Source: an uncultured Aliarcobacter sp.
GTDB taxonomy: Bacteria > Campylobacterota > Campylobacteria > Campylobacterales > Arcobacteraceae
NCBI GenBank assembly: GCA_963664305.2
Contig: CAXXLV010000002.1
Span: forward strand, 576,001-640,000
Direction: 5' to 3'
DNA length: 64,000 nucleotides
The notes under the pieces are model-generated. The model was not told where the DNA came from, did not search any database, and was given only the letters and a program-made list of their open reading frames with translations. Positions 9,927 to 21,050 of the stretch are shown piece after piece (the first letter of the stretch is position 1; each line of letters starts with the position of its first letter). Both the position numbers and the translations under genes were made by a program.

Positions 9927-11556
9927 TAGATAGTGAAATAGGATTTTCACTATTTAAATAATTATTATAAATATAGTAATTTGCAAGAACTTTTTTACCA
10001 TACTCTCTTGTTTCTGTAAAAGAAATCATTTCCATACTTAAAAATGGTTCAAATTTTCCTTTTCCTGAAAACAGACCTTTTTGTAGTTGTCTTTTTGTAT
10101 ATCCTCCCCCACCATTGTATGCATAAGCTATAAATAAAGGATTATTATCAAATTGTTTCATTAGAGTATCTAAATGAAAACTTCCATATTTAATATTTTT
10201 ATTTGGTATAAATTGTTCATAAACATTATAATCTTCATTTAATTTTTTTGAAATATCAAGTGATAAAAATGGCATTATTTGCATTACACCTTGAGCAGAA
10301 GAAAAAGATATCGAAGATGGAATAAAATGACTCTCTTGTCTTGCTATTGAATAAATCAAAACTTGTTTATAAATATCATAATTTTTAATTACATTTCTAT
10401 AAGGAGTAATATAATATTGAGTTTTATATTTATTAAATCTTTCTAAAACAAAAGTTAAGTGAGGTAAAGTATTTTCATCAGTAAAAATTTCATAATATTT
10501 TTGAAGTTTAGCTTCGTCTAAATTTTTTTTAGTGTCTTCAACTACATCCATCCATTTAAATGCATCATAAATATCAAAAGAACTTTTTGTATTTTTTAAA
10601 TCAATATTAAAAACGATATTATCAGGTTTTATTCTATATATCTCTTTTGCATATAAAGAGTAGATGTTATTATCCCAACTTGTTGATAATTCTTGTAAAA
10701 AAGAGGTATTTTTACTTACTAAATATAACCAAAATAGAGATTTATCTTTATCAATTTTTAAATAAGATTTATTGTATGAATTTAAAAAGAAATTATAAGC
10801 TGTGTTAATATTGTCATTATTAACTGCATTAATTCCAAGTAAAAATTGTATTTGAGGTGGTAAGTCTTTGTTTGTTTCAAATAAAAATAATGATTTTTGG
10901 ATATTTGTAAGTTTTTTATCAAAAACAACATATCTCAAAAATTTTTCAAAATCTTTATCTAAAGATATTTGATTTAAAAGTTCATTTGGAATTTTTTTAT
11001 TTAAAACTTTTACTCTATAATCATCACCTAAATCAAAAAAAAGTCTCAAAAATCTTTTTACATCAGAATTCACTAATGAAGTAAAAGGATCATTTGAATT
11101 TAAAATCATTAAATCATTTTTTAAAGTAGGGTACGGGTCAAGTTTTGTTATAAAATAAGTTAAATCTTTTTTTGATAATTCTAAAGCTTCTTGTAAAGAT
11201 AATCCTAATGCAATACATTTTGAATCTTCTTGTTTTAATTGTTCTATTGTTGCTCTATAACATTTTAAGTCAATAGGAGCAGTTTTTTTATATTTTTCAT
11301 TAAAAACTTTTTTTAGTGTAGCATTTGTTCCATTGCCCATTTCATAAGCAATTTTTGCATTTTCAAATGATAAATTATCTTGATTTAAATATTGTAAAAT
11401 AAAAAAATCTTTTGCATAAGATTTTGGTTTTTGTTCGAGCCAATCTAAAGTAACTTTAAAATCTTTTTGTAAGAAATCTGTAGTGCTAATTTCATTAGCA
11501 CTAATAGATAAATTTAATAATATAGTAGCACTTAAGCTAAAAAGTTGTTTTTTCAT
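9895..11556 (-). CDS. slt: Soluble lytic murein transglycosylase (SLT domain)
   Basis: IARQES, AQGVMQIMP, AYAYNGG, ETREYGKKV motifs; signal peptide. Confidence 0.92.
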   Translation of the reverse strand: MKKQLFSLSATILLNLSISANEISTTDFLQKDFKVTLDWLEQKPKSYAKDFFILQYLNQDNLSFENAKIAYEMGNGTNATLKKVFNEKYKKTAPIDLKCYRATIEQLKQEDSKCIALGLSLQEALELSKKDLTYFITKLDPYPTLKNDLMILNSNDPFTSLVNSDVKRFLRLFFDLGDDYRVKVLNKKIPNELLNQISLDKDFEKFLRYVVFDKKLTNIQKSLFLFETNKDLPPQIQFLLGINAVNNDNINTAYNFFLNSYNKSYLKIDKDKSLFWLYLVSKNTSFLQELSTSWDNNIYSLYAKEIYRIKPDNIVFNIDLKNTKSSFDIYDAFKWMDVVEDTKKNLDEAKLQKYYEIFTDENTLPHLTFVLERFNKYKTQYYITPYRNVIKNYDIYKQVLIYSIARQESHFIPSSISFSSAQGVMQIMPFLSLDISKKLNEDYNVYEQFIPNKNIKYGSFHLDTLMKQFDNNPLFIAYAYNGGGGYTKRQLQKGLFSGKGKFEPFLSMEMISFTETREYGKKVLANYYIYNNYLNSENPISLSTIFQSLVSPY

Positions 11557-11565
11557 AATTAAATA

Positions 11566-11838
11566 TTAGAAGAATAAATTTTTTAAAAATGTCTCTAAAA
11601 AAATTAATGCAAAAATTAAAATAAGTGGAGCTAAATCCATTCCACCAAAAACAGTTGGAATGTATTTTCTTATAAATGCATAAGCAGGCTCTGTTAATCT
11701 ATAAAGCATTTGAACAATTGGATTATAAGGATCAGGTCTAACCCAAGATAGTATTGCACTTATAATTACTACCCATTTATATAAAAAGATAATACTAAAT
11801 AAAACAGTAAGAATTGAGCTTAATAATGCATCTATCAT
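11566..11838 (-). CDS. YggT family membrane protein
   Basis: [12 protein letters not shown]...LTEP...GGMDLAP. Confidence 0.93.
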   Translation of the reverse strand: MIDALLSSILTVLFSIIFLYKWVVIISAILSWVRPDPYNPIVQMLYRLTEPAYAFIRKYIPTVFGGMDLAPLILIFALIFLETFLKNLFF

Positions 11839-13136
11839 TTTATAATTTCTCCTAAATAATTTTTAATTAAAGGATAAATATCTGAAATATTTGGACCATT
11901 GTCAACACCAGTTAAAATATATCTTAATGGTTTAAATAGGTTTTTACCTTTTAGCCCAGTTTGTTCCATTACATATTTTTTTAATTCTTCATAATCTTCA
12001 AAAAATGGTGCTTTTTGTAAACATTCTTTTAATTTTGAAAATTCTTCTTCAAAACCTTCACAAGAAGTTTTTGGTGTAAAAATTGGTGCAATTTTTTCTT
12101 TTATCTCTTTTATTGTACTAGCTTCTTCTAAGAAAATTTTCCCAAGTTTCCCAATATCAGCATCAGCAAAACCTAAAATTTTTGATAATCTCATTTCATC
12201 AAGCATTTCAATATGTTTTCTATTAATAAATCTTAATTTATCAATATCAAATTTTGCAGAACTTTTTGATACGTTTTCAATTTTAAACCACTCAATAGCT
12301 TCTTCTAAAGTAAAGATTTCAGTTGGAGTTTTATTTCCCATTAAAACTAAATAATTAGCAATAGCGCTTGGTAAAAAACCTTCTTCAATTAACCATTTTA
12401 CTGAACTTGCATCATCTCTTTTACTCATTTTTTTACCAGTTTGAGCATTTAAAATAATTGGTAAATGAACATATTTTATCTCTTTTTCATATCCTAAAGA
12501 ATTTCTAATATGTATTTGTTTAGGAGTATTTGAAACATGGTCTTCACCACGAATTACTACAGAAATATCCATTAACATATCATCAACTGCACATGCATAG
12601 TTATAAGTTGGAGTTTTATCTTGTCTTAAAATAATAAAACTATCTACATCAAATGGTGCATAATCAAAATCACCTTTTAAAAGGTCAGTAAATTTGATAT
12701 TATGTTCAGGTTTTTTGATACGAACAGTAAAAGGTGCATTTGTATTTAAAACTGTTTCATCAGATAAATTTTCACAAAAATCATCATATCTAAAAGGTTT
12801 TTTTTCACTTTCTGCTTTTTGTCTTAATTCATCAAGCTTGTCATCACTACAAAAACATGCAAATGCCTTTTTTTGAGTCATTAACTGTAAAGCCATTTTT
12901 TGATGATATTTTAAATTTGCACTTTGATAGAAAAGTGATTTATATTCAATAGAAAAAAGATTTAAAATCTCTAAAATCTCTTTATCTTTACCTTCTATGT
13001 TTCTTTCTGTATCTGTATCTTCAATTCTGATAATTAAATCTTCTTTTAATTGTTTTGATACAATATAATTAAAAATGGCAACTCTAAGGTTACCAATATG
13101 CATATCTCCTGTTGGACTTGGGGCAAATCTTAACAA
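11835..13136 (-). CDS. gltX2: Glutamate--tRNA ligase (GluRS2-type)
   Basis: [25 protein letters not shown]; short N-terminus like Helicobacter GluRS2. Confidence 0.88.
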   Translation of the reverse strand: MLRFAPSPTGDMHIGNLRVAIFNYIVSKQLKEDLIIRIEDTDTERNIEGKDKEILEILNLFSIEYKSLFYQSANLKYHQKMALQLMTQKKAFACFCSDDKLDELRQKAESEKKPFRYDDFCENLSDETVLNTNAPFTVRIKKPEHNIKFTDLLKGDFDYAPFDVDSFIILRQDKTPTYNYACAVDDMLMDISVVIRGEDHVSNTPKQIHIRNSLGYEKEIKYVHLPIILNAQTGKKMSKRDDASSVKWLIEEGFLPSAIANYLVLMGNKTPTEIFTLEEAIEWFKIENVSKSSAKFDIDKLRFINRKHIEMLDEMRLSKILGFADADIGKLGKIFLEEASTIKEIKEKIAPIFTPKTSCEGFEEEFSKLKECLQKAPFFEDYEELKKYVMEQTGLKGKNLFKPLRYILTGVDNGPNISDIYPLIKNYLGEIIK

Positions 13137-13138
13137 AA

Positions 13139-14431
13139 TTATTTCCTTACAATTGAAAATGTTAAATTATTTATCTCATTATGAGATTTTATATATTTAT
13201 TTAAATCAGCTAATTCTAAAGTTTGAATTTTTTCTAGCTCTTTTTTAGAATAATCAGGCTCTAAACCTCTATAATATAAAGTAAAAGCTCTATTTAATCT
13301 TTGAGCTAAAGTTTCACTTCTTAATGGTTCACTTCCTGTTAAAAAGTTTTTAGCTGCTTCTAATTCCTCTTTTGTTACACCTTTTTCAACAAAATCTGCA
13401 ACAATTTGTGAAACTAATTTTTGTGCTTCATTTGCACTTTCATTTTTAGTTTGTAAATAACCATTAAAATATGTGTGAGATTTATTTATAGAGATTGAAC
13501 CATAAGCACTATAAGCTAAACCTCTTTTTACTCTAATTTCTTCCATTAATCTTGAACCAAAACCTGAACCACCTAAAATAAATGATGCAACTTTTGCTTT
13601 GTAGTTTTCCTCATCTTTTGAATCTACATTAAATGAACTACCAAAATAAATATAAGCTTGTTCAGTATCTTTTATTAGAGTTTTTTCTTCTTTTTTAGAT
13701 ATGAAATCAACTTTTTTAGCTTCTTGAGTTGTTCCAACTTTTAAAGTTTCTAAAATAGGTTTTATTAAATTTTCAAATTCATTTAAACTAAAATCCCCTC
13801 CAGCAACAATAATTAAGTTTTCTAAACATAAAGTTTTATCTAAAAAATTTTCTATATCTTTTAATTCTATTTTAGAAATAGACTCAATTGTTCCAGAAGC
13901 TGGATTTTGTAAAGCTGTATCTTTAAAAAGTATAGATTTTAATTGATTTTGTGCAACATAATCAAAGTCATTTTCTTTTCTTTTTAAGCTTCCAACTTGA
14001 ATAGTTTTTAACTTTGTTAATGTGTCATCTGTAAAATTTGGTGATTTTAATAAATCATTTAAAAGTGAAACAGCTTTTGATGCTTCTTCTTTTAAACTTG
14101 ATAATTCAATTACAAAAGTTTCAAAACCATTTGAAGTTGTTAAGGTAATAGCATTTTCATCAAGTTCTTGAGCAAAGTTTGTTGCACCTAACTCTTTTGT
14201 TCCTTCATTTAAAAGTTTAGAAGAAAGATTTACTAAACCACTTTTTTCATTGTCTTGAATATAACCAGAATTTTTAAAAACAAGTTGTAGATTTAAAATT
14301 GGTAAACTTTTTTGTTCTTCAAAAATTACTGGTATTTCAACACCTTTTATATTAATATGCTTAATTGTAGCACTCATTAAACTTCCTTGTAAAATTACTA
14401 GTATAAATAAAAAATAGTATTTTATTTTCAT
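13139..14431 (-). CDS. M16 family (pitrilysin-like) peptidase, probably a non-catalytic subunit
   Basis: [19 protein letters not shown] motif; no HxxEH. Confidence 0.88.
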   Translation of the reverse strand: MKIKYYFLFILVILQGSLMSATIKHINIKGVEIPVIFEEQKSLPILNLQLVFKNSGYIQDNEKSGLVNLSSKLLNEGTKELGATNFAQELDENAITLTTSNGFETFVIELSSLKEEASKAVSLLNDLLKSPNFTDDTLTKLKTIQVGSLKRKENDFDYVAQNQLKSILFKDTALQNPASGTIESISKIELKDIENFLDKTLCLENLIIVAGGDFSLNEFENLIKPILETLKVGTTQEAKKVDFISKKEEKTLIKDTEQAYIYFGSSFNVDSKDEENYKAKVASFILGGSGFGSRLMEEIRVKRGLAYSAYGSISINKSHTYFNGYLQTKNESANEAQKLVSQIVADFVEKGVTKEELEAAKNFLTGSEPLRSETLAQRLNRAFTLYYRGLEPDYSKKELEKIQTLELADLNKYIKSHNEINNLTFSIVRK

Positions 14432-14436
14432 TAGAT

Positions 14437-15510
14437 TTAGAACCTTTCTAAAATCTCGTAAGCTGTATTTCTTTTTGCTGGATTTTCACCAATATCTTTT
14501 ATTAATCTAATCATTTCATCTTGATTCATTCTATTTGCTGCACCAGCTGCTTTTACAACGTTTTCTTCCATCATTGTACTTCCTAAATCATTTGCACCAA
14601 ATTTAAGTGCTAATTGACCGATGTAAGAACCTTGTGTAACCCAAGAACTTTGCATATTTCTAAAATTATCTAAATATAGTCTTGAAACAGCTAATAATCT
14701 TAAATATCTATTTGAAGATTGAGGTTTGATTTCAGGATGTTCTTCTGTAAGTTTTGTATTTTTTCCTTGAAAAGACCACATAATAAATGCTCTAAATCCA
14801 CCAGTTTCATCTTGTAATTTTCTTAAATGTTCCCAATGTTCAATTATCTCTTCATCTGTTTCTACTGTACCAAACATCATAGTTGCTGTTGTTTTCATAC
14901 CAATTGAATGAGCAAGTCTATGAACTTCTAACCACTCTTGTGTATCCATTTTTTTAGGAGCAATTATATCTCTTACTCTATCAGATAAAATTTCAGCACC
15001 AGCTCCAGGAATTGAACTTAGACCTTTTGCTTGTAATCTTTTTAAAACTTCAAGTTTTGAAATTTTTGAAATTCTAGCAATAAAATCAATTTCAATAGCA
15101 GAAAAACCATGAATTGTAATTTGTGGATATTTTGTATGAATATGATTTACTAACTCTTCATAATAATCAATTTTTAGTTTTGGATGAACTCCACCTTGGA
15201 AAAGGATTTGTGTTCCACCAATAGCTAATAACTCTTCTATTTTTTCATCAATCTCATCAAATTTTAAAACATAAGAGTCTTCATCTTTCCCATGTCTAAA
15301 AAAAGCACAAAATTTACAATCTACCCAACAAACATTTGTATAGTTGATATTTCTATCAACTATAAATGTTGTTAATTTTTCAGGATGAAGTTCAGCTTTT
15401 TTAGCGCTTGCCATTTCACCTAATTCTAAAAGTGAAGCATTTCTTATTAAATCAAGTGCTTCTTCATTTGTAAGTCGTTTTTTTAAATCAACTTCAACTT
15501 TTTTAACCAT
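14437..15510 (-). CDS. mqnC: Cyclic dehypoxanthine futalosine synthase (radical SAM)
   Basis: NYTNVCWVDCKFCAF, PGAGAEIL, GANDLGSTMMEENVV. Confidence 0.93.
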   Translation of the reverse strand: MVKKVEVDLKKRLTNEEALDLIRNASLLELGEMASAKKAELHPEKLTTFIVDRNINYTNVCWVDCKFCAFFRHGKDEDSYVLKFDEIDEKIEELLAIGGTQILFQGGVHPKLKIDYYEELVNHIHTKYPQITIHGFSAIEIDFIARISKISKLEVLKRLQAKGLSSIPGAGAEILSDRVRDIIAPKKMDTQEWLEVHRLAHSIGMKTTATMMFGTVETDEEIIEHWEHLRKLQDETGGFRAFIMWSFQGKNTKLTEEHPEIKPQSSNRYLRLLAVSRLYLDNFRNMQSSWVTQGSYIGQLALKFGANDLGSTMMEENVVKAAGAANRMNQDEMIRLIKDIGENPAKRNTAYEILERF

Positions 15511-17762
15511 TAGAAGCTTGCTCCTAATGAGAATTCAAATGATGATGTATCATCACCTGGTTCATTATCAAGTGCTCTTGAGAAGATTAATTGTAATGGT
15601 CCCATAGGTGAAATCCATTCTAATAATGCACCAGCTCCTGATCTTTCAATATCATTAAATGTATCTTGTCCAATCATACCATAGTCGTAGAATAATCCCC
15701 ATCTCATTTTTGCACTTGGAATTAATGGGAAACTCATCTCTGCTGAATTTGCCCATAAGTTTTTATATGGGTCTGTTTTATAACCTGTTTCATTTGATGG
15801 GAAGGCATAAGATTTATAACCTCTTAATGTTTTAGGACCTCCAAGGTATAAAGAGTCTCCTTGATTAATTTGGCCATTATCAATTAAGATTTTCATTTGA
15901 GTTTTTAATCTTAATACCCAATCAAGTTCTGTTAAATCCTCTAAAGAATAGAAATATTTTAAATAAGCACTAGGTTTTATATATTTTGAATCTCCACCAA
16001 CTCCAGCATACTCAGCAGAAACTCCTGCTCTATATCCTTCTCTTGGGAAGTAATAATCATCAGTATTATCATAGTTTAGATAAGGCGTGATTGAACTTGA
16101 AGTATAATCTTGTGATTCATATTTTTCACCTAAAGCAGAATTATAAACAAAAGTAGAGTCATAATCATAATTTTCACTAACAAAATCAAGTCTATATCTA
16201 GCTCCTGCATATAGATTTCTCATTACTTCTTTTCCTAGAGCAACAGAAAAACCTTGAGTTTCTATAGTTGAATCATAAGTGTCTCTATTTATTTCTGATT
16301 CAGTACTATGAACTTCAACTTCACCATTATAATCACTATCATTAATTGCAGGATTTTTTAGACTTAATTCAAATCTATTTGTTCTTGCAGATAAATCAGC
16401 ACTTAATCCAAGAGCCATTCCTGAACCAAAAATATTTACATCGCTGATAGAACCATTTACCATGAATTTATCATAAGAACCATATCCTCCACCAAGCATT
16501 AATGAACCTGTTGGTGCTTCAGTTACTTTTACAACAATATCCATTTTTGTATCACTAACTCTTTTTTCTTCGATTTGAACATCTTCAAAGAATCTAGAAC
16601 GTTTAAGTTTATTTGTTGAATCTTTAAAATCTGTAAGATTATATAAATCTCCAGGTGCTAAGAATACATTTCTTCTAATAACTCTATCTAAAGTTCTGTT
16701 GTTTCCTGAAATTTTTACATCATTAATATAAACTTTTTTACCAGGAATTACATTATAAATAACATCAACTTTTCTTTCAGCTTCATTTTTCTTTAAATCA
16801 AATTTTACTTCTGTAAAAGCGTAACCTTGATTTGCTACTTGAGTTTTTATATAGTCTTGGTCAGCTCTTAATTTTTTAATATTAAAAGTATTTCCAACAA
16901 TTAATTTTAATTCAGGATAAATTGTTTCAGGGTCTACAATTGATGAATCTAAATATATTTTGATGTCATTTGTAGTATATTTTTCACCCTCAAAAATAAA
17001 GAAGTCTAATTTTGCTTGGTCAGATGCAAAATCAATATCTAAAAATGGTTCTTTTACTTGAGCATCTAAATAACCTTTTTCATAATACAAATCATTAATT
17101 CTTCTTGCATCATATTTTAATTGGTCAATTTTTACTTCACCATCATTTTGTCCAAACCACCAAGAAGCAAATTCTATTTCTTTATTTGCAGTAACTAAAT
17201 CAAAATCATCTTGTTCTAAATTATCAGCACCATGATAGTTTGCTTGTTTGATAATAATTTCATCACCTTTATTTACATTGAAAGTAACTTTTAATGATTG
17301 CTCATTTATTTTTTCAACTTCAGTTTCTACAACTGAGTTAATAAAACCTTCACTTTCAAGCATACTAAGAAGTTTCTCTTTAGCTTCTTTTATTCTTTTT
17401 TCCGTGTACATTGAACCTTTTTTTAATCTAATTAGATTTTTTAAAGTTTCTATATCTTCACTTCTTGACTTATAACCTTTAATATCAATACTTGCAATTG
17501 AAGGTTTTTCTTTGAAAATTAATTTTATATTACCATTTTCATTTACAATTTTAATATCTTCAAAATAACCCTGTTTATAAAAATTTATAACAGCATCATT
17601 TAGCTTATCTTCATTAAGTTCATCACCAACTTTCATATTTAAAGTTTCATCTAATATTTGAGGTGAAATCTTGTTTACATCTTTATATTCTATTGATTTT
17701 ATTGTAGTAGCGCTTAATGCTGTTGCACAAGCAAGAGATAATAGTACGACTTTATTTTTCAC
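15510..17762 (-). CDS. bamA: Outer membrane protein assembly factor BamA
   Basis: POTRA repeats, LRGY motif, C-terminal FEFSLGASF; GTG start at 17762 has an AAGGA RBS (ORF open to 17780). Confidence 0.95.
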   Translation of the reverse strand: MKNKVVLLSLACATALSATTIKSIEYKDVNKISPQILDETLNMKVGDELNEDKLNDAVINFYKQGYFEDIKIVNENGNIKLIFKEKPSIASIDIKGYKSRSEDIETLKNLIRLKKGSMYTEKRIKEAKEKLLSMLESEGFINSVVETEVEKINEQSLKVTFNVNKGDEIIIKQANYHGADNLEQDDFDLVTANKEIEFASWWFGQNDGEVKIDQLKYDARRINDLYYEKGYLDAQVKEPFLDIDFASDQAKLDFFIFEGEKYTTNDIKIYLDSSIVDPETIYPELKLIVGNTFNIKKLRADQDYIKTQVANQGYAFTEVKFDLKKNEAERKVDVIYNVIPGKKVYINDVKISGNNRTLDRVIRRNVFLAPGDLYNLTDFKDSTNKLKRSRFFEDVQIEEKRVSDTKMDIVVKVTEAPTGSLMLGGGYGSYDKFMVNGSISDVNIFGSGMALGLSADLSARTNRFELSLKNPAINDSDYNGEVEVHSTESEINRDTYDSTIETQGFSVALGKEVMRNLYAGARYRLDFVSENYDYDSTFVYNSALGEKYESQDYTSSSITPYLNYDNTDDYYFPREGYRAGVSAEYAGVGGDSKYIKPSAYLKYFYSLEDLTELDWVLRLKTQMKILIDNGQINQGDSLYLGGPKTLRGYKSYAFPSNETGYKTDPYKNLWANSAEMSFPLIPSAKMRWGLFYDYGMIGQDTFNDIERSGAGALLEWISPMGPLQLIFSRALDNEPGDDTSSFEFSLGASF

Positions 17763-17865
17763 AACTATCCTTATTTTCATTATAGTGCATTAATATATCT
17801 AAATATAGTTTATATAAATATAAAGTAGGGTATAATCCTTTAATAATTTATAAAAAGGTCGTAGT

Positions 17866-18696
17866 TTGAATATTGGAATTATTGGTTTAGGACTAATGGG
17901 TGGTTCTTTAGCAAAAGCTGTAAAAAGATATGGTATTGCAAAAAAAGTTTATGGTTTTACAAATAGTGAAAAAAATAAAAAAGATATCTTAGATTTAAAT
18001 TTAGTTGATGAATTAGTAGATTTAGAAACATTAAAAAAAGTTTCAGATGTAATAATATTAGCAATTCCAGTAGATGCAATTATTGGAATGTTTCCAAATT
18101 TTTTAGATATAGATGATGAAACAACAATTATTGATATGGGTTCAACTAAAGAGTATATAGTAAAATCTATTCCATCTGAAATAAGAAAAAATTTTATTGC
18201 AGCACATCCTATGACGGGAACAGAAAAATCAGGTCCAAAAGCTGCTATTGATGATTTATATGAAGGAAAAACGGTAGTTTTTTGTGATTTAGAAGACAAC
18301 GCTAATTTACATGTAAATAGAGCATTTAGAATTTTCCAAGAAATTGGTATGAGAATTGTTGTTATGGATAGTGACCAACATGATATTCATGCTTGTTATA
18401 TTTCTCATTTACCACATGTTATATCTTTTTCTCTTGCAAATACAGTTATGAGTCATGAAGACCCAAAATCAATCATTGCACTTGCTGCTGGTGGATTTAA
18501 AGATATGAGTAGAATAGCAAAATCAAGTCCAAGAATGTGGAGTGATATTTTTAAACAAAACAGAAAAAATCTTTTAGCTTCTATTGAAACATTTGAAGAG
18601 CAATTACAAAGTGCAAAAAGAATGGTTGAAAATGAAGATTATGAAGCTTTAGAAGCTTGGATGAAAAAGGCAAATACTTTACATGAGATACTATAA
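17866..18696 (+). CDS. tyrA: Prephenate dehydrogenase
   Basis: GLGLMGGS, HPMTGTE, SHLPH, GGFKDMSRIA. Confidence 0.95.
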   Translation: MNIGIIGLGLMGGSLAKAVKRYGIAKKVYGFTNSEKNKKDILDLNLVDELVDLETLKKVSDVIILAIPVDAIIGMFPNFLDIDDETTIIDMGSTKEYIVKSIPSEIRKNFIAAHPMTGTEKSGPKAAIDDLYEGKTVVFCDLEDNANLHVNRAFRIFQEIGMRIVVMDSDQHDIHACYISHLPHVISFSLANTVMSHEDPKSIIALAAGGFKDMSRIAKSSPRMWSDIFKQNRKNLLASIETFEEQLQSAKRMVENEDYEALEAWMKKANTLHEIL

Positions 18697-18715
18697 AATA
18701 GTATCTCTTCTTTTT
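18685..18715. terminator. Hairpin terminator between convergent tyrA and folP
   Basis: GAGATACTAT-AAA-ATAGTATCTC followed by a T-rich tract. Confidence 0.7.
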
Positions 18716-19853
18716 AATTTATATTATTTATAGCTTCAAAAACTTTTATTGCTTGATAGTGTTCTTTTACATCATGACATCTAATAATTGAAGCACCATA
18801 TCTAATAGATTCTAAATGAATTGCTAAAGTTCCAGGAAGTCTATCTACAACTTCAGTTGGAGTTATCATATTTATCATAGATTTTCTACTTGCACCTATT
18901 AATAACTCATAACCAAAATGTTTAAAGTGTTCTAAATTTTTTAAAAGTAATAAATTATGTTCTAATGTTTTTCCAAAACCAATTCCAACATCTAAAACAA
19001 TATCATCTATTCCAAAACTTTTGGCTTTTTCTATTTGATTTTTTAAATAAGTATCAATATCTAAAATTACATTTTCATAGGTTGGATTATCTTGCATATT
19101 TGTTTGATTATTTTGCATATGCATAATTACAACTTGAGCATTGTATTTTGAAGCTATTTTACAAACTTCATCATTTTCTAAACCTGTAATATCATTTACA
19201 ATTTTAAAACCATGATTTAAAACATAATCAATAACTTTTGGAGCAAAAGAATCAATTGAAAAATCAACTTTTTCATAGTATTTATTTTTATAAATAGTTT
19301 GAACTATATCTTTTACTCTTTCTAATTCAACATCTTCTGGAACAGCAAGACTTCCAGGTCTAGAAGAAACTGCACCAATATCAATTATATTAGCACCATC
19401 TTCAATCATTTTTTCAATTCTAGTTGATGCACAAGAATTATCAAATCTACTATTTTTAAAAAATGAGTCTTCATTTGCATTTAAAACACCCATTATTTTT
19501 GTTTTAAAATTTTGTTCTTTTACATAATTTTTTAAAGATTTTGCTAACTCTTTTAAACCAAAAGGTTGCGCTAACTCTTTTCTAGATAAAACTTCAAAAT
19601 GTTTAGTTGTTCCAATTAACACAGCATCTACATATTTATCACGAGCCACAATAACTCCACTTGGAACTGCTAAATCCGCACCAATAGATAAAGCATCTTG
19701 TTTTAAAATATTTGCTGCTCCAACATGTAAATCTTTTATATATAAAGTGTGAAGTTTTGATTTTTTAGATAGTATTTCTATACCACCTTTGTCACAACCT
19801 AAATTTTCATAAAATTTTTTTGTATCAGATATTGATATTTTATATGTTTGCAT
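18714..19853 (-). CDS. folP: Dihydropteroate synthase with N-terminal extension
   Basis: IMGVLNANEDSF, SSRPG, DVGIGFGK, GASRKS, RCHDV. Confidence 0.95.
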   Translation of the reverse strand: MQTYKISISDTKKFYENLGCDKGGIEILSKKSKLHTLYIKDLHVGAANILKQDALSIGADLAVPSGVIVARDKYVDAVLIGTTKHFEVLSRKELAQPFGLKELAKSLKNYVKEQNFKTKIMGVLNANEDSFFKNSRFDNSCASTRIEKMIEDGANIIDIGAVSSRPGSLAVPEDVELERVKDIVQTIYKNKYYEKVDFSIDSFAPKVIDYVLNHGFKIVNDITGLENDEVCKIASKYNAQVVIMHMQNNQTNMQDNPTYENVILDIDTYLKNQIEKAKSFGIDDIVLDVGIGFGKTLEHNLLLLKNLEHFKHFGYELLIGASRKSMINMITPTEVVDRLPGTLAIHLESIRYGASIIRCHDVKEHYQAIKVFEAINNIN

Positions 19854-19864
19854 ATAAAACCTTT

Positions 19865-20494
19865 TTAGTTTTTATTTTTTTGATTTACCAAAAATAGAAG
19901 TAGGGTAGTTAACACATTTATAGGTCTAGAATTTAATTCTAATAATTTTATTGATTTAGAAAAAAATTCTAACTCTTTTTGTGATAATTTTATTTTTTGA
20001 TTATTTACTTTTAATAAAATTGATTCAACAATATCTTTAGCTTCTTGTTTAGAAATTTTTTGATTTTCTTTTAAAAAATTATAAATATCTTTTAAATCTA
20101 ATTTATTTAGATTAAGAGTAGATTCTTGTTTTATCAAAGATTTCTTTAGATATTTGTATGGTAATCTCGAATAAATTGTTGGTAAAAGAGATGTTTTAGA
20201 ATTTGTTATTATTATAAATACAACATTTCTTGGTGGTTCTTCTAAAATTTTAAGTAAAGAGTTTTGAGCCTCTTTTCTAAAAGTTGTTCCACATAAAAAA
20301 ATATATTTTTTTTCATTTGAAGCAATATATGCTTCTTTTATTGCTTGTGTAGCTTGAGCAATTTGAAATTCTTCTTTCTCTTCATTTTTTATAATTCTTG
20401 TAGAATGCAAAGGATATTTTGGAATCAACTCATTTATAGTTGTTTCAATATCATTTACTATTAAGATAGACGAGTTTTCAATAAATTCAATCAC
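19865..20494 (-). CDS. holB: DNA polymerase III subunit delta'
   Basis: AQNSLLKILEEPP, LLPTIYSR. Confidence 0.9.
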   Translation of the reverse strand: MIEFIENSSILIVNDIETTINELIPKYPLHSTRIIKNEEKEEFQIAQATQAIKEAYIASNEKKYIFLCGTTFRKEAQNSLLKILEEPPRNVVFIIITNSKTSLLPTIYSRLPYKYLKKSLIKQESTLNLNKLDLKDIYNFLKENQKISKQEAKDIVESILLKVNNQKIKLSQKELEFFSKSIKLLELNSRPINVLTTLLLFLVNQKNKN

Positions 20495-20496
20495 TT

Positions 20497-21048
20497 TTAA
20501 TTTTCCACATTAATTTCAGCAAATAAAGAAGCACTAACTGATTTATTATATAATCTAAACATTTGTAAAAGTTTCATATCTAAAGCTTCATCGCTACTTT
20601 TTAAATTAAATGCATCTTGTTTCTCTTCATCAAATAACCATAAAAAAGAGTTTTTAGAAACTTTTGGAATAATAGCTCTTACATCTTGGCTTTTACCAAT
20701 ATACCAAAAACAATATCCATTTGGAAAAGAGATACTTAACATATCTTTTATATAAGAAATATCTTCATCTGATTTTACAGCATCAATATATCTATAAAAA
20801 GATTTAAAATCATAGTAAGGTAAAAATGGTCGATTCAATTTAGGAGAATTAATATTTCCTAAAATATACTCTAAAAACCATTCTCTCTCTTTATCCGTAA
20901 CAACAATTATAGAAAAACCTCTTTCTAATAAATTGTTTATGTTTTTAGATACTAATGGTGTCCATTCATATTTTTTTTCTTCCAACCAAGGAGATATTAA
21001 TCTATCTTCCCTGATTGTATTTACAGTCCAATTTAAAAATTCTTGCAC
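20497..21048 (-). CDS. hobA: HobA family DnaA-binding replication regulator
   Basis: PWLEEKKYEW, NRPFLP, FWYIG motifs; lysC-hobA-holB-folP synteny. Confidence 0.88.
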   Translation of the reverse strand: MQEFLNWTVNTIREDRLISPWLEEKKYEWTPLVSKNINNLLERGFSIIVVTDKEREWFLEYILGNINSPKLNRPFLPYYDFKSFYRYIDAVKSDEDISYIKDMLSISFPNGYCFWYIGKSQDVRAIIPKVSKNSFLWLFDEEKQDAFNLKSSDEALDMKLLQMFRLYNKSVSASLFAEINVEN

Positions 21049-21050
21049 TA

